From: a virus
DNA: 14,974 nucleotides
Virus genome (UHGV): UHGV-0084874
Strand: one strand, 5' to 3'
Part shown: piece after piece, positions 8,231 to 14,974 of the stretch
Layout of the letters: every line of letters begins with the position of its first letter
Position numbering within the stretch: position 1 is the first letter of the stretch
Position numbers and translations under genes: made by a program
The notes under the pieces: model-generated
The model's database searches: none
What the model was told of the DNA's origin: nothing
What the model saw: the letters and a program-made list of their open reading frames with translations, nothing else

Positions 8231-8451
8231 GCCACACCTCCCAGACGCTTAAACATTTTTCCGGAGCAAAAGGCTATAAGCGGCATACTGATGCGGTAAT
8301 TACGGCCCAGCGGTTCACAAATCACCTTCTGACATTCACGGTCAACCAGGCTGACACGTAGAACATGCCCTGCAGGCGTGGTGTACCACTGACCAGGACG
8401 AGGACAACGGAAAGTCTGATTGGTAAACCGTTTGAAAATATTCCGGATCAT
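8227..8451 (-). CDS. Hypothetical protein (74 aa)
   Basis: ATG overlaps the Rha stop (ATGA at 8448-8451) and the stop overlaps the next start, so it sits in the coupled gene chain. Confidence 0.5.
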   Translation of the reverse strand: MIRNIFKRFTNQTFRCPRPGQWYTTPAGHVLRVSLVDRECQKVICEPLGRNYRISMPLIAFCSGKMFKRLGGVA

Positions 8452-9596
8452 TTGCGCCCCCTTACCTCTGAAGGGTTCAGCGACAAATTTATGAGACTGG
8501 CCAGTAGCGCCGCGTCGTTGATGCGGTCATACAGACTTACAGCCAGCGGGGATTCGGCTTTTGCCAACATGGGATAAAGCTGCTGCAGCCAGACCTGATG
8601 AATTGATGAAATGTAGGAATAGAGAACGCTGGCGTTATGTGCAACGTCGCTCAGTACAGAGGGATTTGAAAGCTGTTTCTCCATCTGGTTAAAGGCATTG
8701 ATGTATGCCTCTTTGAACTGGGCAGCACGTTTACCCGTGAAACCCATAGCAAGAAACGCAAAGCCGTCGCGGGTTATTTGATAGCAAGGTAGTTTGCGGC
8801 CTGTGCAATCGGTGTAATCACTCACCGAAAAATTGCGGGAAGTGAATGATGCAGAGCATTCAAGCGTGCGGATCTTTTTCAGTACATCGTCATGACGTTT
8901 GGAGAAGAAGTTGGCAACAGCCAGGGATGAAGTAACAGCCTGACCATCAACAATGGCAATTTCAGGTTGAGTGAGGGTTGGGATCGTAGCCATGATGGCA
9001 GCCTCCGTTGACTGTGGAAAACTTCCACCACCGGAGCTGCGAAACTCACTGGTGGCAGACTGAACAGGGTTCGCAGTACCGGCGTCAACGGAGACCGGCG
9101 AGCCTTTCGGCTCCCCTGCCCAGCCCACCATAATTCTGGCGTGCGTGAGCGCGGACGATAAAAAAGACGCTGGCGCGTCATATATCGCCGTTGACAATTC
9201 CGGGCTGCGACCCCCGGCACCCGCTTTATAAGGTGCCTGAACAGTGTAACGTCCCGGAATGGCAGAATCAATATGCTGGTGGTCCTTCACACTCAACAAA
9301 ATCACGCCTGAATTTCCACAAAGGACTAAAGCACTCATGCGGGTAGTCTTTGCGAAGATAGATAACGCGCTGTGTTTCTGGCTCCCAACGAATAACATGG
9401 ACATAAAGCCCTCTTCCGTCACGAAACCAGCGGTTAAGTTCCTGCACAACTCGCCCCCCACAGTCAGGTAAAGTTCTCTGTGGTTACTTACAGCCAGGTG
9501 ATTTGGTAATCTGCATTCATGCCGTAACAACAGGTGTTCAGCGACGCTGACCACCAGCTGTTGCGACAAACGGTTATTTGCCGTTAAACTATTCAT
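8448..9596 (-). CDS. Rha-family phage regulatory protein (antirepressor-like) with ~200-aa N-terminal extension
   Basis: C-terminal half (IAIVDGQAVTSSLAVANFFSKRHDDVLKKIRTL...GKRAAQFKEAYINAFNQMEKQL) matches the Rha family. The full-length start at 9596 overlaps the upstream stop and has a GGAGA RBS. A second in-frame ATG near 8993 has a strong GGAGG RBS and would give a canonical ~181-aa Rha protein. Confidence 0.62.
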   Translation of the reverse strand: MNSLTANNRLSQQLVVSVAEHLLLRHECRLPNHLAVSNHRELYLTVGGELCRNLTAGFVTEEGFMSMLFVGSQKHSALSIFAKTTRMSALVLCGNSGVILLSVKDHQHIDSAIPGRYTVQAPYKAGAGGRSPELSTAIYDAPASFLSSALTHARIMVGWAGEPKGSPVSVDAGTANPVQSATSEFRSSGGGSFPQSTEAAIMATIPTLTQPEIAIVDGQAVTSSLAVANFFSKRHDDVLKKIRTLECSASFTSRNFSVSDYTDCTGRKLPCYQITRDGFAFLAMGFTGKRAAQFKEAYINAFNQMEKQLSNPSVLSDVAHNASVLYSYISSIHQVWLQQLYPMLAKAESPLAVSLYDRINDAALLASLINLSLNPSEVRGRK

Positions 9597-10162
9597 GCGT
9601 TAGTTTCTCCACAACCAGAAGCAATCGACGCCACGACGCCCGGAGCTGCACACTCGCGGGCGTTACTATTTTCTGGAGCGCAGAAGATTTTGTAGACCAG
9701 TGCTGCATGCTCCTGGAGCTTCGAAATTGAGAGGTACAGCTCGTCGTTAATTGCTGTCTTCTCATGCGGTTCCACTACACCGTCTTCGATTGCTGAACGA
9801 ATCTGTCTGGAATAACTGCCGATCTGTTCAATGACTTCCAGCAGACGCTGGTTAATATCGGCGTTGTCCACATCCTCGACGTCAGGAAGAGACACAAAGA
9901 CGCCATTTGCAGACTGCGCCACAGCGTCAGCAATGAAGTGAGTTCCACCAGCACGTTGTAAAATCATTGCCCATCCCAGCGGGAAAATCTGATCGCCATC
10001 GGCACGAAGGCGATTGAATAAAGCGTTCTCTGTTACATCCAGCCACTCAGCAGCTTCAGCGTAACCCCCCGGCAACGCCGCGATAGTTTTTCTGACAGCT
10101 TTCACGTACCACTCAGGCTGTTTTTCTACTTTCCAGTGATGCTTACCCACGGTTAGCCTCAT
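9593..10162 (-). CDS. Hypothetical early regulatory protein in the cII / YdaT position
   Basis: 189-aa ORF directly downstream of cro, in the position occupied by cII or YdaT in lambdoid/Rac-type phages. No motif recognised with confidence; RBS is weak. Confidence 0.5.
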   Translation of the reverse strand: MRLTVGKHHWKVEKQPEWYVKAVRKTIAALPGGYAEAAEWLDVTENALFNRLRADGDQIFPLGWAMILQRAGGTHFIADAVAQSANGVFVSLPDVEDVDNADINQRLLEVIEQIGSYSRQIRSAIEDGVVEPHEKTAINDELYLSISKLQEHAALVYKIFCAPENSNARECAAPGVVASIASGCGETNA

Positions 10163-10193
10163 CGTTCTGTGGTTAAAAATTGAAGGTGTTCTG

Positions 10194-10394
10194 TTAATCT
10201 TTCGGATAGATATCCGGTCTTAAGTCAGATTTCGTAATTGCACCTGACGTGCATTGCTCAAGTTTTTTAGCCAGCACAAAACTGGCTTTTTTATAACCAT
10301 TGAAAACCAGCCGTAAGTAGCCTGGTGTTGAGCCAACTTTTCCGGCCAACTCGCCCTGCTGTTCTTTGGTTAAAGAGTCCCAATACGCTTTCAT
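10194..10394 (-). CDS. Cro-like repressor (YdaS/Cro family HTH)
   Basis: 66 aa from the ATG at 10392-10394 (MKAYWDSLTKEQQGELAGKVGSTPGYLRLV...), with a GGAGG RBS 9 nt upstream. Divergent from cI. The longer ORF-track form begins inside the operator/promoter region and is rejected. Confidence 0.72.
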   Translation of the reverse strand: MKAYWDSLTKEQQGELAGKVGSTPGYLRLVFNGYKKASFVLAKKLEQCTSGAITKSDLRPDIYPKD

Positions 10395-10399
10395 ACAAT

Positions 10400-10418
10400 A
10401 TGTACCTCCGATATACAT
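10400..10418. promoter_or_regulatory. Operator site (19 bp) ATGTACC-TCCGA-TATACAT
   Basis: Imperfect dyad with TGTACC-type half-sites, overlapping the candidate pR -10 element and the cro leader/RBS. Confidence 0.5.
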
Positions 10419-10444
10419 ATTACATGATTGAGATGAACCTTCAA
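10417..10444 (-). promoter_or_regulatory. Candidate pR (cro promoter)
   Basis: On the minus strand: TTGAAG, 16-nt spacer, TAATAT, placed ~20 nt upstream of the cro RBS. Confidence 0.45.
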
Positions 10445-10449
10445 GATAC

Positions 10450-10468
10450 TTGTACCCTATCGGTACAA
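10450..10468. promoter_or_regulatory. Operator site (19 bp) TTGTACC-CTATC-GGTACAA
   Basis: Perfect 7-5-7 inverted repeat lying between the candidate pR -35 and the cI start. Confidence 0.55.
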
Positions 10469-10478
10469 AGGTTTTAAT
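10450..10478 (+). promoter_or_regulatory. Candidate pRM-like promoter giving a leaderless or near-leaderless cI mRNA
   Basis: TTGTAC, 17-nt spacer, TTTAAT, ending ~7 nt before the cI ATG (10485). No RBS upstream of cI, as for lambda cI transcribed from pRM. Confidence 0.4.
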
Positions 10479-10484
10479 TTCGTT

Positions 10485-11159
10485 ATGAAAACAGTCCATG
10501 ACATCCGGCGGTCTAACGCCAGAAAACTGAGAGATGGTGTTGGCGGGAATTCTTCCTTTGCCACCATGATTGATCGCGAGCCAACCCAGACCAGCAGGTT
10601 TATGGGAGATGGTGCTACTAAAAATATCGGTGACAGCATGGCACGGCACATCGAAAAATGTTTCGACCTGCCTGTCGGATGGCTTGATCAAGAACACCAG
10701 ACAACAAACATCACAAAAAAACCTGATGTTTCAATTACTAACAAACAAATAACGTTAGTCCCTGTCATATCATGGGTACAGGCCGGAGCATGGAAAGAAG
10801 TTGGCTATTCTGAGGTTGATTTGAGCACAGCAGAAACTTATCCCTGCCCTGTACCCTGTGGCGAAATGACTTATATCTTGCGGGTGATTGGTGATTCAAT
10901 GATTGATGAGTACCGCCCGGGAGACATGATTTTTGTAGATCCTGAAGTCCCTGCCTGCCACGGTGACGACGTTATTGCATTGATGCACGATACAGGCGAA
11001 ACCACCTTTAAGCGGTTGATAGAAGATGGAACACAGCGTTACCTCAAAGCATTAAACCCAAACTGGCCTGAACCTTACATTAAGATCAACGGTAATTGCT
11101 CTATAATTGGCACAGTAATTTTCTCAGGAAAACCAAGAAGATACAAAATAAAGGCCTAA
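10485..11159 (+). CDS. cI-like prophage repressor (N-terminal HTH, C-terminal LexA/S24 autopeptidase domain)
   Basis: 224 aa. N-terminus MKTVHDIRRSNARKL... is HTH_XRE-like. C-terminal domain carries an Ala-Gly cleavage site (VQAGAW), catalytic Ser in GDSM and Lys in TFKRL. Confidence 0.85.
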   Translation: MKTVHDIRRSNARKLRDGVGGNSSFATMIDREPTQTSRFMGDGATKNIGDSMARHIEKCFDLPVGWLDQEHQTTNITKKPDVSITNKQITLVPVISWVQAGAWKEVGYSEVDLSTAETYPCPVPCGEMTYILRVIGDSMIDEYRPGDMIFVDPEVPACHGDDVIALMHDTGETTFKRLIEDGTQRYLKALNPNWPEPYIKINGNCSIIGTVIFSGKPRRYKIKA

Positions 11160-11171
11160 TCAATATTTATA

Positions 11172-11194
11172 ACCTGCTTCGGCAGGTTTTTTTA
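11172..11194 (+). terminator. Rho-independent terminator after cI
   Basis: Stem acctgc/gcaggt (11172-11187) with loop ttcg, followed by ttttttt. Confidence 0.6.
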
Positions 11195-11197
11195 TAC

Positions 11198-11225
11198 TTG
11201 ACAATGTACCCTTGAGATACATAAT
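11198..11225 (+). promoter_or_regulatory. Candidate pL-like early-left promoter with overlapping operator (11204-11222)
   Basis: TTGACA (11198-11203), 16-nt spacer, CATAAT (11220-11225). Overlapping 19-bp site ATGTACC-CTTGA-GATACAT has the same architecture as the cI/cro intergenic operators. Confidence 0.5.
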
Positions 11226-11226
11226 G

Positions 11227-11825
11227 TATCTAAAAGAAACATGTCACAGGCAAGATTAAACAAAATTTGGTTGTAACACGGCGTATGGCACATGCGTCGT
11301 TAGCGGTCTGGGGACGTTAAAGGGGACAATCCACTCCTTGCTCGGGCAAACAAACCAGGTAGCCGGAATGTGCAAGTCAATGAGGATGCTGATAAGACGC
11401 CTAACCAGCGTGGCGATTCGGTTTGACGCCTGGGAAGAGACCAGGGTGCAACGATGAGGGCATTTATGGAACCGCGACAAAGTATGGTGCCGTAACTGGC
11501 TAAGTGCTCTCAGCGTTGTGGTAATCCGCGAAATGGCGCGGCGGTAAGTATGGCGGGGTTATTCCTTCCCCGTTGAGGACACCGGGTTGTCAGGTTGACC
11601 ATACGCTTAAGTGACAAGCCCACCACAACAGCCACTGCTTTGGCGGTACCAGTTTGTACACTTGCTTCCGGCTGGTACCGCTCTTTTTACAAAACAGAGA
11701 AGAGCATCACCGGACGACGGGCTCATAACCCAATCCATCCGGGCGGCTGCCACCGCAGGTGTTCTTCTCTGTTTTGTGGAGAAACCAACCGACCTTGCAG
11801 GGTCGATATGATGAGGAGCAGCAAA
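11227..11825 (+). promoter_or_regulatory. ~600-nt untranslated, highly structured leader between the pL-like promoter and the first early-left gene (candidate cis-regulatory RNA)
   Basis: No plus-strand ORF longer than ~28 codons with an RBS. Multiple GC hairpins (ccgcg-aaatgg-cgcgg; cgggg-ttattcctt-ccccg), a 10-bp stem hairpin followed by a U-tract (11643-11690), a 13-bp perfect inverted repeat (11691-11703 / 11764-11776), and a boxA-like cgctcttttta. Confidence 0.4.
11643..11690 (+). terminator. Candidate intrinsic terminator/attenuator inside the early-left leader
   Basis: 10-bp stem gcggtaccag/ctggtaccgc with 19-nt loop, followed directly by tctttttac. Its 3' side can instead pair with 11700-11705 (gctctt/aagagc), overlapping the next long inverted repeat. 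Confidence 0.35.
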
Positions 11826-12188
11826 ATGGCTAGCGAACGCAGTACTGATGTGCAGACATTTATCGGGGAGCTGGACGGCGGCGTATTTGAAACCAAAATC
11901 GGCGCAGTTCTCAGTGAAGTCGCTTCCGGTGTGATGAACACGAAAACCAAAGGTAAGGTCTCGCTCAACCTGGAAATCGAACCGTTTGATGAGAACCGTG
12001 TGAAAATAAAACACAAACTCTCATATGTTCGCCCGACTAACCGCGGGAAAATTTCTGAAGAAGACACCACCGAAACGCCGATGTATGTCAATCGCGGTGG
12101 TCGCCTGACTATTCTGCAGGAAGACCAGGGACAATTACTGACTCTTGCCGGTGAACCTGACGGAAAACTCCGCGCAGCAGGTCATTAA
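11826..12188 (+). CDS. yfdP: YfdP-like early-left protein (120 aa)
   Basis: ATG at 11826 (MASERSTDVQ...) with a GAGGAG RBS ~8 nt upstream. Length and position match the yfdP-yfdQ-yfdR-yfdS order recalled for CPS-53. The upstream in-frame extension from 11595 is rejected. Confidence 0.55.
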   Translation: MASERSTDVQTFIGELDGGVFETKIGAVLSEVASGVMNTKTKGKVSLNLEIEPFDENRVKIKHKLSYVRPTNRGKISEEDTTETPMYVNRGGRLTILQEDQGQLLTLAGEPDGKLRAAGH

Positions 12189-12253
12189 TATCGTTCTTAA
12201 TTAACTGATTATTTATCTCATCACTGAATATCTTAATATAGTGAGGACTTATT

Positions 12254-13078
12254 ATGTCTCAGAACTTAGACGCAACCGCAATTAATCAAATCCATGCCCT
12301 TATTTCTGCTCAGGGTGTTAATGAAATTATCAGTAAGATTGGTGCCGATGCTGTGGCATTGCCTGAGAATTTCCGCATTCATGATCTGGAAAAATTTAAT
12401 TTAAATCGCTTCCGTTTCCGTGGTGCGCTTTCCACTGCCAGCATCGATGACTTTACCCGTTATTCTAAAGATCTTGCAGATGAAGGCACCCGCTGCTTTA
12501 TCGATGCTGATAATATGCGTGCCGTCAGTGTGCTTAACCTGGGTACTATTGATGAACCAGGTCACGCAGATAACACCGCCACTCTCAAACTGAAAAAGAC
12601 AGCACCGTTCTCTGCCCTGTTGTCTGTTAACGGCGAGCGTAACTCCCAGAAATCACTGGCAGAATGGATTGAAGACTGGGCCGACTACCTTGTGGGCTTT
12701 GATGCTAATGGTGACGCCATTCAGGCAACAAAAGCGGCTGCGGCAATCCGTAAAATCACGATTGAAGCAAACCAGACCGCTGATTTTGAAGATAATGACT
12801 TCAGCGGCAAACGCTCCCTGATGGAATCTGTCGAAGCGAAGACCAAAGACATTATGCCAGTGGCATTTGAATTTAAATGCGTTCCGTTTGAAGGTCTGAA
12901 AGAACGTCCGTTTAAATTACGCCTCAGCATTATCACTGGCGATCGTCCTGTACTGGTTCTGCGCATTATTCAGCTGGAAGCGGTGCAGGAAGATATGGCT
13001 AACGAATTTCGTGATCTGCTTGTTGAGAAATTCAAAGACAGCAAAGTAGAAACCTTTATTGGTACTTTCACCGCCTGA
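12254..13078 (+). CDS. yfdQ: YfdQ-like protein (274 aa, DUF2303 family)
   Basis: GAGGA RBS 8 nt upstream. Length and synteny match E. coli CPS-53 yfdQ as recalled. Confidence 0.75.
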
Positions 13079-13205
13079 TTTCATTACTGCAAATGCCCCT
13101 GCGGGGGCATTTATGGAAACGTAATTAACTCAATAATCACCGGATGGTGAGGGCTTCCTTTTACCCAAATTCAGCGCGGTGCAGCGCATATACGTGGAGA
13201 ACAAA

Positions 13206-13742
13206 ATGTCATTTATTAAAACTTTTTCCGGGAAGCATTTTTATTATGACAAGATAAATAAAGATGACATCGTTATTAACGATATCGCGGTTTCCCTTTC
13301 AAATATCTGTCGCTTTGCCGGTCATCTTTCTCACTTCTACAGCGTCGCCCAACATGCGGTGCTTTGCAGCCAGCTGGTGCCGCAGGAATTTGCTTTTGAA
13401 GCGTTAATGCATGATGCAACAGAAGCGTATTGCCAGGACATCCCAGCTCCACTGAAACGCCTTCTTCCTGACTATAAACGGATGGAAGAAAAAATAGACG
13501 CCGTAATCCGTGAGAAATACGGGTTACCTCCTGTTATGAGCACGCCAGTGAAATATGCCGATCTCATTATGCTGGCAACCGAACGTCGCGATCTCGGGCT
13601 TGATGATGGCTCTTTCTGGCCTGTACTGGAAGGTATCCCGGCGACAGAGATGTTCAAAGTTATTCCACTGTCACCAGGCCATGCCTACGGGATGTTTATG
13701 GAACGTTTTAACGAGTTATCGGAGTTACGCAAATGCGCATGA
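13206..13742 (+). CDS. yfdR: YfdR-like HD-domain phosphohydrolase (178 aa)
   Basis: ATG at 13206 (MSFIKTFSGKHFYYDK...) with a GGAGA RBS. HD-domain-like His/Asp residues (AGHLSHFYSVAQHAV...MHDATEAY). Length and order match CPS-53 yfdR. Confidence 0.75.
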   Translation: MSFIKTFSGKHFYYDKINKDDIVINDIAVSLSNICRFAGHLSHFYSVAQHAVLCSQLVPQEFAFEALMHDATEAYCQDIPAPLKRLLPDYKRMEEKIDAVIREKYGLPPVMSTPVKYADLIMLATERRDLGLDDGSFWPVLEGIPATEMFKVIPLSPGHAYGMFMERFNELSELRKCA

Positions 13743-14095
13743 ATGTTTTCGAAATGGAAGGGTTTCTTCGCGGGAAATGTGTACCACGAGATCTGAAAGT
13801 GAATGAAACAAATGCTGAGTACCTGGTACGTAAATTCGATGCGCTTGAAGCTAAATGTGCGGCACTGGAAAACAAAATAATACCAGTGTCAGCTGAACTG
13901 CCGCCAGCAAATGAAAGTGTTCTGTTATTTGATGCTAACGGAGAAGGCTGGCTAATTGGCTGGCGTTCTCTCTGGTACACCTGGGGACAAAAAGAAACCG
14001 GAGAATGGCTGTGGACATTTCAGGTCGGGGACCTTGAAAACGTCAATATCACTCACTGGGCAGTAATGCCGAAAGCACCGAAGAATAAAAAATGA
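13733..14095 (+). CDS. yfdS: YfdS-like protein (120 aa, DUF551-like C-terminus)
   Basis: Start overlaps the yfdR 3' end and has a GGAG RBS. Trp/Gly-rich C-terminus (GEGWLIGWRSLWYTWGQKETGEWLW). Confidence 0.65.
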   Translation: MRMNVFEMEGFLRGKCVPRDLKVNETNAEYLVRKFDALEAKCAALENKIIPVSAELPPANESVLLFDANGEGWLIGWRSLWYTWGQKETGEWLWTFQVGDLENVNITHWAVMPKAPKNKK

Positions 14096-14295
14096 GCGTG
14101 ATAAAAACTCATACAGGAATTGTTATCACCCGAGACGGTCCGCAGGTAAAAAAACTGCACCAGACAAAGCGGATGTGGGTCGTCGGAAAAAACGAGTTTT
14201 ACCACAAAGAAACCGGACGCCGCCACTTTGCAGAAAATACTCGCCGCCGACTGCTGATCGATACCATCAAGCCTATCGAGGTGAAGCATGTTTAA
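14092..14295 (+). CDS. Hypothetical protein (67 aa)
   Basis: ATG overlaps the yfdS stop (ATGA), so it is translationally coupled; basic small protein. Confidence 0.45.
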   Translation: MSVIKTHTGIVITRDGPQVKKLHQTKRMWVVGKNEFYHKETGRRHFAENTRRRLLIDTIKPIEVKHV

Positions 14296-14527
14296 ACAGA
14301 ACGAAAAATCTATCGCTCAAATTGCTGAGTATATCCCGCGTGCGTGCCGGGATATGCAGTTGCAGGAAGCCAAAGCACGCCTGGAGAAAAAAATTGCGCT
14401 CTATATCGATGACGGCTGTGATGCCGCCGTTCTTAACGCGGCGTTCGCGCCAGCTCTTAACAGTCATACGCGAAAGTCTTTTTTTTCGTGCATCACAGCG
14501 CAGATCCGTAAAGGAGGCAACCAGTGA
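14288..14527 (+). CDS. Hypothetical protein (79 aa)
   Basis: GAGGTG RBS 4-5 nt upstream of the ATG; overlaps the previous ORF's end. Confidence 0.45.
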   Translation: MFKQNEKSIAQIAEYIPRACRDMQLQEAKARLEKKIALYIDDGCDAAVLNAAFAPALNSHTRKSFFSCITAQIRKGGNQ

Positions 14528-14974
14528 GCAACATTAACTATCAGGTACTGCGTGAAAAGGCAGAGAAAGCAACTAAAGGAAGCTACATCGTAGGGCATAC
14601 ATCTGTTAACCAGCACGGCAATTTAACAGGAGTTTTTGTTTGTCAAAAATGGAAAGGAGAACCCGGTGGCGTAATTGCAGAATGTCACGTTAACTGCCTG
14701 GTTGAAACAGATGCTCAGGCTTATGCAAACGCTGAATTCATAGCAGAGGCTAACCCGGCTACCGTGCTGGCACTGCTGGATGAACGGGAAAGAAACCTGC
14801 AATACATCAAAAGCCGCGATCAGGAGAACGAGGATATTGCGCTAACGGTAGGGAAGCTGCGCGTTGAGCTTGAAGCAGAAAAACAGCGGGCAAAAGTTCT
14901 ATTTATGGAAAATGCTCGGCTTAAGTCAGGCATAGCCGGTCTGATACACCTCGGTATTCGATATGCAGATGTTG
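14524..14974 (+). CDS. Ead/Ea22-like protein, 5' partial (runs off the window end)
   Basis: GTG at 14524 overlaps the upstream stop (GTGA) with a strong AAGGAGG RBS 8 nt upstream; reading frame is open to the window end. Absent from the ORF track because no stop is reached. N-terminus VSNINYQVLREKAEKATKGSY... resembles the Ea22/ead family as recalled. Confidence 0.5.
   Translation, partial: MSNINYQVLREKAEKATKGSYIVGHTSVNQHGNLTGVFVCQKWKGEPGGVIAECHVNCLVETDAQAYANAEFIAEANPATVLALLDERERNLQYIKSRDQENEDIALTVGKLRVELEAEKQRAKVLFMENARLKSGIAGLIHLGIRYADV

Noticed and set aside
8879-9271. 130-aa minus-strand ORF with TTG start, in another frame inside the Rha N-terminal region
   Set aside because: Non-canonical start, Arg/Pro-rich low-complexity product, and fully overlapped by the better-supported Rha frame.
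10194-10697. Long 167-aa form of the cro ORF
   Set aside because: The upstream extension runs through the operators, both divergent promoters and the cI start. The internal ATG at 10392-10394 with a GGAGG RBS gives a Cro-sized 66-aa HTH protein.
11256-11480. 74-aa minus-strand ORF inside the early-left leader
   Set aside because: No RBS, antisense to the pL-driven transcript, lies in a hairpin-dense region, and product has no recognisable features.
11595-11825. N-terminal extension of the yfdP-like ORF (and overlapping 66-aa ORF 11611-11811), or a decayed N-like gene
   Set aside because: The strong GAGGAG RBS and matching 120-aa length support the start at 11826. The upstream frame overlaps the long inverted repeats and has non-protein-like composition. 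A pseudogenised N cannot be excluded without homology searches.
13091-13112. Hairpin after the yfdQ stop (aatgcccc-tgcg-ggggcatt) as a terminator
   Set aside because: Stable stem but no U-tract on either strand; more likely an mRNA-stability hairpin or partial attenuator.
1-14974. CRISPR arrays, tRNA/rRNA genes, IS elements or integrase/att sites
   Set aside because: No regularly spaced direct repeats with unique spacers, no tRNA-like acceptor/T-arm motifs, and no transposase or integrase ORF found in the window.

Overview
This window is the early/immunity region of a lambdoid enterobacterial prophage, resembling an intact version of the E. coli CPS-53/KpLE1 cryptic prophage with Rac-like parts. 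All calls rest on reading the sequence and the supplied ORF track plus recalled family knowledge; no searches were run, and coordinates of motifs and re-assigned starts may be off by 1-2 nt. Layout: (i) 1-1350 is mostly non-coding, with two diverged copies of a ~250-bp module, each ending in a leftward intrinsic terminator; (ii) 1662-2819 (+) is an AT-rich gene for a PD-(D/E)xK nuclease-domain protein, opposite in orientation to all neighbouring phage genes and lying just downstream of a Q-like antiterminator gene, which I consider the best candidate for an undescribed anti-phage defence gene; (iii) 2927-10394 (-) is a tightly packed, translationally coupled early-right operon (cro-like, YdaT/CII-like, Rha, two small ORFs, O-like initiator carrying iterons, DnaC-like loader, DnaB-like helicase, small ORF, DUF968 protein, Q-like antiterminator); (iv) 10395-11226 is the immunity switch, with a LexA-like cI repressor (+), divergent promoters, and three 19-bp operators sharing TGTACC half-sites; (v) 11227-11825 is a ~600-nt leader with no ORF and no N-like gene but dense hairpins, a candidate RNA regulatory element; (vi) 11826-14974 (+) holds early-left genes matching yfdP, yfdQ, yfdR, yfdS, then two small ORFs and a partial Ea22-like gene.
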